In this document: in pieces, positions 49,081-64,000 of the stretch
Layout of the letters: each line of letters opens with the position of its first letter
Numbering within the stretch: the first letter of the stretch is position 1
From: the human T2T-CHM13v2.0 reference genome, Homo sapiens
Reading direction: 5' to 3' (one strand)
Assembly (NCBI RefSeq): GCF_009914755.1
Contig: NC_060925.1
DNA: 64,000 nucleotides
Position numbers and translations under genes: made by a program
Notes under the pieces: model-generated
What the model saw: only the letters and a program-made list of their open reading frames with translations
The model's database searches: none
What the model was told of the DNA's origin: nothing

Positions 49081-50423
49081 AGTCTAAGGAGTAAGACCAG
49101 CCCCATATTCGATTCAACCCCTCTTCTCACAAGCATAGGCTGGGCCTCACCCTCAGCAGAAGGACCATGTAGGGCACAGGCTGCTATGGACCTGGACCTG
49201 CGTCTTGCCTGGGTCTGAAAATCCCTTCCACAGCTCTCCACTTCCTGGATCAAATCCCCCTGGAAATCAATTTTGACTAAAGTCATATGAGGCTGCTAAC
49301 TGTTTGAAACAGTTGGTCTTAGAATAACAAATGGTTTGCTGTAGACAAATAGATGCTGCTGATGTGGACTGCAGCGAAGAGGTAGGCCAATGGCTTTCAA
49401 GCATTTTTAGCAGTGGGAGCATTTCCTTAATTGCGTTCTGAACATGGCCCAGTACAACGAAGGGTCAACATCAAACTGCCTCTGAAACATGGGGGTCAGT
49501 TGGGCCTGGAGCTCAGCTCTGCTCCCTCTCGTCTTCTGTGCGGGCTTCCAGCTACCTCTGCAGAACTCCTTGGACTCTCTGGTGTCTCTTTTGAATGAGC
49601 GATTCTAGCCCAATTCCCTTGTTTTGCTGATAAGAATACGGAGGCCCAGGGAGGCATGACCTGGGCAGAGGCTGGAGGTGGGCCTGTTTCATCCTTGGCG
49701 GTGTGTGTGGTGTTGAAGTTAATGGGACTCACAGGGGCAGAGATCTGAGACGAGTGAGGCTCTAATGATGAGCTGACACAGCCTGTCAGTACATGGCCAC
49801 ACATGATGGAGATCTTTCTGTGTCTCACAGAAGGCCATCATTCTTTATTGACGGGGGCTGGGAGAGCTGAGATCATGCTGAATTGACTCTGACTGTTTAT
49901 GTAATTTTTTTTTTTAAGTGAGAGGAGCAGATTTCTATTCCCTTTGAGAGTCTTGGAGATATAGGGAAGGCTGTGCTTTAATTTGTAATAGGGTAGGAAA
50001 GAGGCATGTTAGCAGCAGGCATCAGAATCTGTCTTAGGGAGAGAACTAGGTTTAGGAAAAGGTGGTGATAAGCCACTAGAGTGGAAGGTGAACCAGAAGC
50101 TGGGGGTTAGCAACTGGGCTGCCCCTGGCTGCCCCAGAGCTTACCTGTGTCCCCTCTTCTTGGGGATCCAGGCAACCTCTTGGTGCCTCTGCCTCTCTCT
50201 GCCATCTGCTCCACTCTCCCCTCTCTGTGTCCCTGCTTCCTCTGCTCAGTCTGAGTTTTATTCTTCTGTAACTCTGGCTCACTCATGGCCCACTGTGACT
50301 GCCCACCCAGGTCTCTTCTGTGATTGTGACCTTCCAGTTTCTGTTCCCTCTGCCCTTTATTTCTCATCCTAAGCATTTCTTAATTCAGATTCCTTAATTC
50401 AGATTCGAAGGAATGAGTTTATC

Positions 50424-50750
50424 TTTTTTTTTTTTTTCTCATAGGATCTTGCTCTGTTACCCAGGCTGGAGTAGAGTGATGTCATCATGGCCCACTGTAG
50501 CCTTGAACTCCTGGGCTCAAGCGATTCTCCCACCTCAGCCCCCTGAGTAGCTGGGACTATAGGCACACACCACCATGCCTGGCTCACTTAAAACAAACAA
50601 GCAAACAAAAAACCAAAAACACTTTTCTTTTGTAGAAATGAGATCTCCCTATGTTGCCCAGGCTGGTCTTGAACTCTTGGCCTCAAGCAGTTTTCCTGCC
50701 TCAGCCACCTGAAGTGCTGGGATTATGGGCATAAGCCTTCATGCATGGCC
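50424..50750 (-). mobile_element. AluJ
   Basis: Full antisense Alu with expanded linker. Confidence 0.92.
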
Positions 50751-51006
50751 CCAGTTTATTTTAAAAATCAGATCATGAGTAGATGATCGGCCTAAAGAAC
50801 TGCTGTCATTGGGTGGGTGCCCACTTGGTCTTTTCAGCAATGGTCCACCGAGTGAGAGGGAGCCGTGTGGGAAAACATAGTGACAGGAAGGACAAACATC
50901 CTGAAAGAGGATGAACGGTCCCCATGACTACTGTTTTTAGTATACGGCCAAGCTGAAACTAGTCTTCTATTGTCTTGGATTCAATTGTTTAAGAAATTGC
51001 TAGTTT

Positions 51007-51322
<316 letters not shown>

Positions 51323-51839
51323 CTAGTTTTCTTGTGTATAGCCATATAGCAAGATCCTCCACGGCATTTTTTTCTGATCACTGACTTCATCAGAAAATGC
51401 TTTCCAAGCACCTGCAAGTGGTGCTGGATAGTTTTTTACAGAAAGAATTGAGGTCTTTTACTGTGTTTGAGTGCAGCCTGTTCTAAAAAATGCTGATCAG
51501 AAGAGACTCCTTTCTCTTTGCCAGGCCCTAACTAATTTATTAGTCATTTTATAAAGCAGGGAGCCCAAAATTTAGAAATATAAGAGAAGCATTAGGCAAA
51601 CAAATTTTCCCAAGTTTCCTTTTATTTTCTGCTCAAGACAAGCATGAGTAGTAATCATATATTAGCTATACTAGCTCCTTAGCTCTTTGCAGGTAAGCGT
51701 TCTTTCCTTTTGACTGACATGGCCAAATGGTGGAGAGACTGTCTTGTATGAAGGTGAGCTCTCAATGATTTGGTGGTCCAGGTTTCAGCTCTGTGTGCCT
51801 GCCATGATGGCTGTTTTGAGACCTGCTTCCTCCTTTATA

Positions 51840-52172
51840 ACTGGGGTGGTTGTGCACCTTGACACATGGTGAACTGTATTTCTGATCCCAACATTTCTGT
51901 GCCCCTTCCTGCGTGAGGTGCCTACATCCCTGTTTAGCCAATGAATTGTGAGCAGAAGCAAAGTGTGCCACTTTTGGGCAGAAACTTTCCACAGGGTTTG
52001 CCAAATTCTCATTGTCCTGCCGTGGTGACTAGAAAGCACGTTGACACAGAACTTCCATCAGCCTCTGTTGCTGGGTTACTTCCAACAACATGACCTATTC
52101 TGTTGTTTAAGCCGCTGACATTTTTGTGTGGTTTGTTACTGCAGCCTAACCCAGCCTACCTTGACTAACACA
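51840..52172 (+). mobile_element. MLT1H/I-like MaLR LTR
   Basis: 'ttagccaatgaattgtgagcagaag...tgtgccactt' and 3' end 'tttgttactgcagcctaacccagcctaccttgactaacaca'. Confidence 0.7.
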
Positions 52173-52209
52173 ATATCCAATTAGTATTTATCCTTTCTTA
52201 TTGGGACGT

Positions 52210-53335
52210 TGAGAAGTGTCCAAACTATTTTCCCCTAGGTGCCCCATTTTGCATTCCCACTAGCAATGCATGAGTGACACAGCTTCTCCATATCCTCACC
52301 AGCATTTGGTGTTATCACCATTTTAAAAAGCCATTCTAACAGGTATGGAGTGATAGTACACTGTGATTTAATTTGCATTTGCCATAGATGCTTATTTGCC
52401 ACCTATCCATCCTCTTTGGTGAAATATTTCTAGCTTTTTTTTTCCTTTGGCCCATTTTCTTATTCATTTGTTTTTTCACTATTGAGTTTGAGAGTTTAAA
52501 AAAATATGTTCTAGACTCTAGTTATTCATCAGATGTGTGGTTTGCAAATTTTTCTTTCCCAGCCTATGGCTTGTCTTTTCACCCTCTTGACAGGGTCTTT
52601 GATAGAGCAGAAGTTTTTTGTTTTGATCAAGCCCAATTGATCAATTTTTCCTTTTATGGATCATGCTTTTGGTGTCAAATGTAAGAACACTTTGCCTAGC
52701 CCTAGATCCTAAAAGTTTTCTCCTATTTTTCTAAAAGTTTTATGTATTGAAGTCTGTGATTTATTTTGAGTTAACTTTGTATAAGATATGAGATTGAGAT
52801 GGAGGTTCATGTTTTTAATTATGGATGTCCATATGCTCCAGCACCATTTGCTGAAAAGGCTATCTTTCCTCGCTGAATTGCGTTTGCACCTTTGTCAAAA
52901 TCATTGGGCATATTTGTACAGGTCTATTTCTGGGTTCTCTGTTCTGCTCTGTTGATCTGTAAGTCTACCCTTCTGCCAATACCACACAGTCTTGGTTACT
53001 GTAACTAGAGGTGTGGAAATTGGGTAGGCTGATTCCTTCGCCTCTATTCTTCTTTTGCAAAATTGGGTTAGCTCTCCAAGTTTGTTTGCCTTTCTTATAA
53101 AGTTTAGAACACAGTTATCTATATTTACAAAAAATCTTGCAGAAATTTTAAAAGGAATTTTGACAAATCTATGTATCTGAGGAGAACTGATGTCTTTACT
53201 ACATTGATTCCTCCAATCTATGAACACAAGAAATCTCTCCACTTTCTTAGATTTAAAAAATTTCTTTCCTCAGTCTTTTGTAGCTTTTAGCATATAAGTC
53301 CTATAATATTTTGTTAGATATAGACCTGTTTCATT
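52210..53335 (-). mobile_element. Old L1M (L1MC-like) ORF2 fragment
   Basis: Minus-strand peptide VTKTVWYWQKGRLTDQQSRTENPEIDLYKY. Confidence 0.85.
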
Positions 53336-53342
53336 TAAAAAA

Positions 53343-55285
53343 TTTTTCTGAAATTGTGATAAAATATACATAACATAAAATATATCATTTTAAGTATACA
53401 ATTCATTGGCATAAAGTGTATTCACAACATTGTGTAACTATTATCTTTACAAATTGCAAGAAATTTTTCGTCTTCCCAAACTGAAAAACTGTGCCAATTA
53501 AACAATAGTGCCCCATTTCCTCCTCTCTCCAGCCCTGGCGACCACCATGGCACTTTCTGTCTCTTTCAGTCTTTATGAATTCTGTCTCTAGGTACCTCAT
53601 GTAAGTGGAATCATATAATACTTGTCTTTTTGTGACTGGCTTATTTAACTTAGCATAATGTCCTCCAAGTTTATCCATGTTGTGGTATGTGTGAAAATTT
53701 CTTTCCTTCCTGGGCTGAATAATATTCCATTGTATGTATATGTCACATTTCGTTCACCTGTTTATACATTGATGGACACCTGGATTGCTTCCACCCTTTG
53801 GCTCTTTTGTGTAATGCTGTTATGAACAAAGGTGTGCAGATATCTGTTTGAGTCCCTGCTTTTACTTCTTTTGGGTATACACCCAGAGTGGAATTGCTGG
53901 ATCAAATGGTAATTCTATGTTTAACTTTTTGAGAATCACCAAACTGTTTTCCATGGTGGCTGGACCATTTTACATTCGTATCAGCAGTGCACAAAGGTTC
54001 CAATTTCTCCAGATCCTTGTCAATGCTTGTTATTTTATGATTTTTTTCTTAAATATTAGTAATTCTAATGGGAATGAAGTAGTATCTAATTGTGGTTTTG
54101 ATTTGCATTTCCTTAATGATTAGTGGCATTGGGCATCTTCATGTGTTTATTGGTTATTTGCATATTTTCTTTGAGGAAATGTCTGCTCAAGTCCTTTGAC
54201 CATTTAAAAATCGGGCTGTTTGTTCTTTTGTTGTTGAGTTGTAAGAGTTCTTTATATATTCTGGATATTTACTCCTTATGAAATATATAATTTGAAAATA
54301 TTTTGTTTCATTTATTGGATTGCTTTTTCACTACTTTGTGTCTTTTGATGTATAAAAAAATTTTAATTTTGATGTAGTGCAATTTGTCTACTTTTTCTTC
54401 TGTTGACTCTGCTTTCAGTATCATAACCAAAAAAAATCTTTGCCAAAGCCAATGTCATAAAGCTTTTCCCCTATGTTTTCTTCTAAGGGTTTTATAGTTT
54501 TAGTCCTTGAGTTTAGACCTTTGGTTCATTTCATGTTAATTTTTGTATATAGTATAAGTATGAGTACGACTTCATTCATTTGCACATGAATATTCAGTTT
54601 TCCAATACCACTTGTTGAAAAGGCTGTCCTTTCCCCATTAAGCAGTCATAGATTATTTGACTATGTATGCAAGGATTTATTTCTGGGATCTCTGTTTCAT
54701 TCCATTGTTCTATGAGTCTTGAAATTAGGAAGTGTGAAACTTCCAACTCTGCTCTTCTTTTTCAACATACTTTGGCTATTTGGGGTCCCTTAGGATTCCA
54801 CATGAGTTTTAGGATGGATTTTTCTGTTTCTGCCAAAAAAGCTATTGGAATTTTGATAGGGATTGCATTTAATCTGTAGATTGTTTTGGGTAATATTGTC
54901 GTTCAATCCATGAACATTGAATGTTTCCATTTATTTGTATTTTCTTTAATTTATTGTAGCAACATTTTGTAGTTTTTTGTGTACAAGTCTTTTGCCTCCT
55001 TGGTTAAATTTATATTTAAGTATTTTATTCTGTTTGATGCTATTGTAAATGGAATTTTTTTTTGCTACCCTGCTCAAATTGTTCATTGTTAGTGTATAGA
55101 AACAACTAATTTTGAGTACTGATTTTGTATCTTGCTACTTTGTTTATTAGTTCTAACAGTTTTTTTTTCTTTTGGAATCTTTAGGCTTTGCTACGCGTAA
55201 GATTATATCATCTGCGAACAGAGACAATTTTACTTCTTTATTGAAAATTTAGATGCTTTTTATTTTTTCTTGTCTAATTGCTCTG
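53343..55285 (-). mobile_element. L1MB-type 3' end and ORF2 fragment
   Basis: 3' UTR 'aaatatacataacataaaa...tattcacaacattgtgtaac'; RT region 'gattatatcatctgcgaacagaga' near 55200. Confidence 0.88.
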
Positions 55286-56724
55286 GAAGAAAATGATTTC
55301 CAGCATATATAATATGTGGAACATCTTTCATGCGCTGCAGAAGATGCAACGTGCTGGGTTTTCACTGCCTCCCTCTTTCATGCCCAAGTACGGGCTACAT
55401 GGGCTCCTGCCAAATAGTGCTGTTGCTTTCAGAGTGATTCTCCTGAGACTTCCATCTCTGCTAGACGTTAGGACCAGAGAATGGGATTGAGCCATTGGAC
55501 AGTACACAGCAAACTTCGCCTATCAAAGCCATTCATGTTTTAAAGAGGCATTCTGGTTGCATAATAGAAGTTTCTCTAACAGTTTTCCCTCACACGTGAG
55601 GACAGTGTGTTACATTTCAGGCAGCATGGAAGCTTCCTGGTTCTCTGCCAGGTTGTTTGGTTTTAGTGTTCTCAGAAAACTATTTTTCCTCAGCTTCTTG
55701 TCTCCTTAATCAGTTGGTTCCCAGGAATATTTCCTCAGGTGTATCTCCTGCAGATCCCTAAGGCTGAAACTCATTTTACTCTTGCTTTGTTCTTTAATCT
55801 GGTCTTGGGATTGGGTGGAGAAATTCTCCCAGGGACCATCTTTCTCCATATTTGCTTCCTATCCCAAGATCCCATCTGGGGAAAGCCTTCTTCAGCTCTG
55901 GCCCCAGGTTCATCATGCATGAGTCTTACTGAGCCTGGAGTTTGGGGAGAGGGGTCCCCTTGAATGAAAACTTGGGACTCCAGTAGGAGGATGGACCTTA
56001 CTAGGCAGTCTCAACTGACCCCTTCCCCACCTTTAACTAAACTCCATGCATATGTTTGGCTTCTAGAATTTCTTGCTTAATTAACTTGGCCATTTGTTTA
56101 TAATTTCAAAAAACTGAAGGAACCATTCATTATTATTAACTAATATAAATATTAATATTGACCATTTATTAAATAGCTATTTGGACCAGACCCCATGCTA
56201 AACACCTGATTTCTTTTTCATATTCACGTGTGTAGTTCAGTTATTATTTCTACTATACTAATGAGAAAACAGGCTTATTCAAAGTTAAGTTTCTTACCAA
56301 AGGTGACAGTGCTGAGTGTAGATAAGAATCTCGTTTGGCTGACTCCAAATTCACATGGATTCCCTTCAATGCCTCTCCTCTATCTATTGCTCTGGTTTAA
56401 CTTGGGGAGCAGGAAGCAAGAGATACAACCAAGAGAATCCTGACTTGAGTAAGTCACTCTTCCTCAGAACTCTAACGAAGTTCCCAATATTCCATTTTGG
56501 AGTGTGATGCAAAACATGCCTTTTTCATCCAGTCTGGCTGGCTGATTATGATATAAGTTACCCAAATATATTTTAAAACTTTTCCTCCTTATTGAAATAA
56601 ATATTTTATGTCTTACTTCACAGCATTGTTGCAATGACGAATTAAATTATGCTTGCTAAGAGCTTTGGATTCTTCAAAATCACTTTACAAATGCAAATTA
56701 TTATGATTGTCATTCCCTCCACTG

Positions 56725-56845
56725 CTCCTGACTATGACCTTGGGCAAGTCATGTCATATCTACTTGCTTCCAGTTCTTTATCTGTGAAGTGGAGACAATA
56801 GAGACTGTTCATCCAGGTCGGGACTTCAACATGAGAAGTAATAAA
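56725..56845 (+). mobile_element. MIR
   Basis: 'tatgaccttgggcaagtca...cttccagttctttatctgtgaagtggagacaata'. Confidence 0.65.
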
Positions 56846-57054
56846 TTGTTGTATGCCCCTCAGAAGACCTAAATATTGTGATTTGACTATATCAGGATTA
56901 ATATCAGTTATACACAATTGTAAGTTCCCTGGACACAAACCATGGACTTTATATCTTGGACAACTCTGGGTGTATTATTAATACTTAGAAATATTGATAA
57001 GGCTAAAAAAATACAGTTAAAACATTGTATACAGAGATCAACAACAATATATTT

Positions 57055-57281
57055 GTTTATTCATTTTTTATTCTTTTTTAAAAATTTTACTTTAAGTTCT
57101 GGGATATATGTGCAGAACGTGCAGGTTTGTTATGTAGGTATACACGTGCCATGGTGATTTGCTGCACCTATCAACTCGTCATCTAGGTTTTAAGCCCTGC
57201 ATGCATTAGGTATTTGTCCTAATGCTCTCCCTCCTCTTGCCCCTCACCACCCCCACCCCGACAGGCCCCAGTGTGGGATAG
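57055..57281 (-). mobile_element. Very short 5'-truncated L1PA (L1PA8-like) insertion
   Basis: 3' UTR only ('ctaggttttaagccctgcatgcattagg'); 12-bp TSD aacaatatattt at 57043-57054 and 57282-57293. Confidence 0.88.
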
Positions 57282-57479
57282 AACAATATATTTAAAGGGC
57301 TAAGTTTAATTGTTTGAATTTTAGTGAAGGCAAATATGAACAACAGATCGTATCTCTTATAATTATAGTCCTCAGGGAAACACTGTAACCGTGCCCATTT
57401 GATAGAAGAAAACTCAGCCCCAGGGGACAGCAGCCACAGGAATCTTCCCAAGGCCATGAAACCTCTTTGGAAACACCTG

Positions 57480-58840
<1,361 letters not shown>

Positions 58841-58929
58841 TGTGCTATGGCTTTCAGCTAATTCTGGTCCTAGCTCCTGACTTCTGTGCATCCTTTTTGT
58901 TTATTTTTATTTTTAAAATAAACAAATTA

Positions 58930-59305
58930 TTTACTTATTTAAAAATTTTTGTTCGGAGGTACATGTGCAGGTTTGTTACATGGATGTATTGCATAATCCT
59001 GGGGTTTGGGCTTCTACTGAACCCATCACCGAAACAATGAATACAGGACCCAATAGGTAGTTTCTCAGCCCTTGCCTCCCTCCCTCCATCTCCCCTTCGG
59101 AGACCCCAGCGCCTATTGTTTTCATCTTTATGTCCATGTGTACTCATTATTTAGCTCTCACTTATAAGTGAGAACATGCAGCATTTGATTTTCTGTTTCT
59201 GTGTTAATTGGCTTAGGATGATGGCCTCCAGCCGCACCCATGTTGCTGCAAAGGACACGATTTCACTCTTTTTATGGATGCATAGTATTTCATGGTGTAT
59301 ATGTA
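58930..59305 (-). mobile_element. L1PA16/L1PB-type 3' end fragment
   Basis: 'ggtacatgtgcaggtttgttacatggat...gaacccatcacc...cccaataggtag'. Confidence 0.85.
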
Positions 59306-59314
59306 TTCTGTGGA

Positions 59315-59615
59315 TTTATTTATTTTTTTTGAAACAGGGTCTCACTGTGTCACCCAGGCTGGAGTGCAGTGGTACAATCACGGCTCACTTGAAGACTTGA
59401 ACTCCTGGGCTCAAGTGATGCTCCCACCTCAGCCTCCTGAGTAGCTGGGACTACAGGTGCATGCCACCATGCCCAGCTAATTTTTGTATTTTTTGTAGAG
59501 ATGGGGTTTCGCCATGTTGCCTAGGCTGCTGTTGAACTCCTGAGCTTAAGTGACCTGCTGGCTTTGGTTGCCCAAAGTGCTGGGATTACAGGCATGAGCC
59601 ACTGCACACAGCTGG
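59315..59615 (-). mobile_element. AluJ
   Basis: Full antisense Alu. Confidence 0.92.
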
Positions 59616-59619
59616 ATGA

Positions 59620-59781
59620 TTATTTTTTTAAGAGACAGGGTCTCCCTCTGTCACCCAGGCTAAAGTAAAGTGCAGTGGAGCGATCATAGCTCACCACTGC
59701 CTCAAACTCCTAGGCTCAAACAATCCTCCCACCTCAGCCTCCCTAGTAGCTAGAACTACAGGTGTGAGCCACCACGCCTGC
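59620..59781 (-). mobile_element. Alu right monomer (FRAM/AluJ)
   Basis: 'gagacagggtctccctctgtcacccaggct...gagccaccacgcctg'. Confidence 0.85.
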
Positions 59782-61184
59782 TGTTCTGTGGGAGCCACCA
59801 TGCTTGCTGTTCTTTGTCTTATCACTTCTGCTCTGTGTGTGTGTCTGTGTGTGCCTCTGCATGTGTGAGCATGTGCAGGATAGTCTCCAAAACTTCCGTT
59901 CAGACTTGCAGATGGTTTGCAGTGAATTAATTTCTCTTGCCATTGCTTAGACTTTGGAGGGGAAAAGGCAGGATAGGTTAAAGAGAGGGAGGGAAAGGAA
60001 CAGGTAGGAGAAAACAATTGAGGGAGGACCAAAGAAAGGGAATCTGATTTTCTTAAGGAAGGGACTGCATCATGCTTGTTCTTTAACTCTAGTCATGCAT
60101 AAAATTGCCTCTGCATCTTCTAACTTCCTTCCAAATGAAATGCTCGATACTCCTTAATGTGTTTTCTGACAGTCCTAAGAAAGGTCTGCTCTCTGATCAG
60201 GTCTACAGGTGTTTTGAGTGCCTGGCATGGCTTGGCCCATGTTGGGGTCAGGATATGCCTGGTGGGGCAGGTCCAGGTCCCAGGCTGAGTCTGACAGGCA
60301 GGCATCTGGAGGGACAATGTGGCCCAAGGACTAACCTGGGGTTTAGTGTGGAAGGCAGGAGAAGGCTGGAGGGCAGGGGAACTTCACTGGAGCAGGACAA
60401 ATGAAGTAAAATACAGACAAGGAGGAGAAATAGCCTGCAGAGTGGGGCAGGAAGAGAATATCATCAGAGGGAGGCAGGCCCCAGTGGGGGCAAGGCTGTG
60501 GGCAGGGACCAGGACCCACTGGAAAAGGACTGGTCTCGAGTGATACTTGCTGTTGAGCTCACCTGTTTAACATGCACTCCCTGATCTTAGATGGGCAGGG
60601 TTGTTCTTGAGACTTGGGGAGGGGTGGAGCCTAGTTCCATGGGACAGTGGTGGCTTCTCCTTTGGTTCATGGTTAAAGGGAAATACATCAAAATGCTAAC
60701 CTTGTTTATCTCTGAAACTGTGTAGTTTTTTTTAAGTCTATCATTCAACAAATCTGTAAGGTAGTATTAAAATCAGAAGCCAAGATAGTCTGAAAGATTA
60801 GGAGGCTGTTGGTAACTTTATTGCATTTTAATGTTTTAGCGCAAGTTCATGCATTATCAACCTCCTTTCCTAGCTGTATTCCTCACATAGGCAATTCTAA
60901 AGAATTGGCTGCTTGCTATGTTTTCTATTCTAAAATATTTACGTTTAAAACCAGAAAAAGCATTGAGATGATTATAGTCGTTAGCAGCAGAATGCAGTTG
61001 CTGAGAGCAGTTCGAAATGATCTAAAACAGTCCTCCAGGTAGATCATCATGTTTTAAATTTCATTTCAAGTTTTTCACATCAATCTGGCTGAGGAGCAGC
61101 CACAGGTGCGTAAGATGACAAACGCTCTCTGACCCCACTTAGAGCCTGGAGCGGGGATGGTAAGTTTGCATGTGTGTGTGATCT

Positions 61185-61340
61185 CCAGGGCTACTCACAA
61201 GGCTGTGAGAGACATGTCATTACCCTCATTTTATAGATGAGAAAATCAAAGCTCTGAGAAACTCAGTGATCCAAGGCATGTAAAGATTTAGCTACCAGGA
61301 TTTGAACTTGAACACACATCGTCTGACTTGGTATCCTGTG
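61185..61340 (-). mobile_element. MIR
   Basis: 'ccctcattttatagatgagaaaatcaaagctctgaga...ccaggatttgaac'. Confidence 0.75.
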
Positions 61341-61349
61341 CCCTTTTCT

Positions 61350-61500
61350 TTCGATTTATTTTCCCTCTTTTTTTTTTTTTTTTGTAGAGATGGGGTCTCG
61401 ATCTGTTGTCCAGGCTGGTCTTGAACTCCTGAGCTCAAACAATCTTCCCACCTCAGTCTCCCAAAGTGCTGGGATTACAGGTGTGAGCCACCGTGCCCCG
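61350..61500 (-). mobile_element. FLAM_C / Alu left monomer
   Basis: Single monomer with poly-T; TSD ctgtgcccttttc on both sides. Confidence 0.88.
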
Positions 61501-62684
61501 ACTGTGCCCTTTTCATTCTATCTCCTTTTTTTCTCTTGCTTATTAATATTTATCACTGACCTTTTTTCTTTTAAAAGGATTTTAAATGGCTCAGAGGTAA
61601 ATATGGCTATCATAAATTCAATGAGATAGAGCTTCTTATTATTTTCTTTCCCTCAAATCAGGAAAAAGAAGAATGGGGTTCCTGTGAGCAGTGCCCCCCA
61701 GCAGCACGGCCCTTCTCTCCTCTGTCTGCCTACGCATTCTCCAGGCACTTGTACCTCCCAATGGCTTCCTGCTTCTCCCCACCCCAGATTCAGATGCATG
61801 ATGCATTTGTTAGTAACCCACTGCCAGGCACTTGCGAGTGCTTTTACAATATCCTTCATCCAATCTGATGAAACTGGATTATGTTGGGGGAAATGTTTAC
61901 TGAGATAATAGGAGTAGCATCCAGCATTAATTTCAGTCTCTCTCTCTCTTTTCAAAGGCATTACAACCCATGCACATCTAACTTGAATTGTAGGGCAGGA
62001 GCAAATGGCCAATACAGTGGATACCTTGCTGTCCACCGTACAGCGTGGTTTACACACACTATACAAAGTGGAAGCAATGCATCCACATTGGCTGAAGCCT
62101 TTCACCAGTATATTGTTCCAGCTCTCCCTTCCATCCTCTGCTTGATCACTTCTTTTTAAATTTCAATCCTTTTAGTTTCCTTTTCCTTTCCCTTTACTCT
62201 CATCACACATTTAATTTCCATAGTTACATAATTTACATAACTTAAGATCAAATCTTTGCAGGTTTTAACATTCTACATTTCAGTGCAAGCCCAAGCCAGA
62301 ATACGGAATTAAGTGGAATAAGACCTGTCCCTACCAAGGTGCTACATGTCCTTTTGATTAATGACCAGCATTTTCTTCTTAAAATACAGGTAATTTTCAC
62401 ATGTTCTTATAAGATAAGTATTGCTGTCCTCACTTTGCAGTTGGGGAAAAATAAGAGATAGCTAATCCATCCAAGGAAAAAGTGATCAGAATATCATTTC
62501 TTAAATTGTAGAGAAGACTAGGCTTAGTGGAAGCGCACATAATGTGTACACTACGGTTTAATGTCCACTAACATCCAGCCAGCTGCTGTTCTAGCTCCCA
62601 AAGTGTTGCTCTCCTAGAATGATGGGGTGAAACCCATTCCTTCTGTGGTTAACAGGTGAGCAATGCAAAGGAGATTTCTGAGAC

Positions 62685-63500
62685 TTTTTCCAAAGAAGAC
62701 ATTCAAGTGGCCAACAAATATGAAAAAATGCTCAACATTACTAATCCTCAGAGAAATGCAAATTAAAACCACAGTGAAATACCACCTTACGTTAATTAGA
62801 ATGGCTATTATTAAAAAGTCTAAAAAACAACAGATGTTGGTGAGGATGTGGAGAAAAGGGAAGGCTTATAACACTGTTGGTGGGAATGTAAATTAATACG
62901 ACCTTCATGCAAAACAGTATGGCGATTTCTCAAAGAACTGAAAACCAGAACTACCATTAGATCCAGAAATTTCACCACTGGGTGTCTCCCCAAAGGGAAA
63001 AATCATAACATCATAACATCAAAAGGACACCTGCACTCGTATGTTTATCACAGCACTATTCACAATAGCAAAGATATGGAATCAATCTAAGTGTCCATCA
63101 ATGGAGAACTGGATAACAAAATGTGGTACATATACACCATGGAATACTACTCAGCCAAAAAAAAAAAAAAAACAGGAAATCATGTGTTTTTTTCAGTGAC
63201 ATGGATGGAACTGAAGGCCATTATCTTAAGTGAAATAACTCAGAAAGTCAAATATTGCATGTACTCCCTTATGAGTAGGACTAAACAATGAGCACACATG
63301 GGCATAGAGAGTGGAATAGTAGACATGAGAGACGACGAAAGTTGGGAGGGTGGAAGGGGGTGAGGGTTGAAAAATTACCTATTGGGTACAACATACACTA
63401 TTTGGGTGATGGGTGCACTAAAAGCCCAGACTTCACCACTACACAATATGTGCGTGTAAGAAATCTGCACTTGTATCCTCTAAATTTATAAAAAATTTTA
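62685..63500 (+). mobile_element. L1MA-type 3' end
   Basis: MQIKTTVKYHLTLIRMAIIKK; 3' UTR 'gggtgatgggtgcactaaaagcccagacttcaccactac'. Confidence 0.9.
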
Positions 63501-63507
63501 AAAAGTG

Positions 63508-63877
<370 letters not shown>

Positions 63878-64000
63878 CTAAATATCATCTCCTTGCTACA
63901 GGACTTCTCAGAGCCTTAACATGCACAAATGCATTGTGAATCTGCATGGGGAGTTCCACCAATGCTGTATGTCTCCGTGAGCTACCTCACCCCACCCCAC

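Noticed and set aside
61653-62105. 150-aa ORF in unique sequence
   Set aside because: No recognisable domain, codon bias or exon structure; length within chance expectation

Overview
This is repeat-rich, non-coding simian primate genomic DNA, most likely human: AluY/AluS/AluJ, L1PA, THE1, MER41 and MER51 are all recognisable. I find no protein-coding exon, RNA gene or CpG island, so the window is intergenic or deep intronic, and I cannot place the locus. The ORF track consists of decayed L1 ORF1/ORF2 pieces, Alu read-throughs and chance ORFs. I see no evidence of a new biological system. The most interesting signals are footprints of retrotransposition and local rearrangement. (1) A 324-bp non-repeat insert at 10393-10716 has a polyA signal and a 20-bp target-site duplication (TSD) inside an old L1, i.e. 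an orphan 3'-UTR retrocopy or transduction. (2) A young L1PA carries a ~78-bp 3' transduction with its own AATAAA and a second A-tail (23431-25001). (3) There are near-perfect tandem duplications of 138 bp and 36 bp inside ancient repeats. (4) An MER41-type LTR carries a strong CTCF-like motif and a GAS motif. Repeat subfamily names come from memory of consensus sequences and boundaries are read by eye; both need RepeatMasker/Dfam confirmation.
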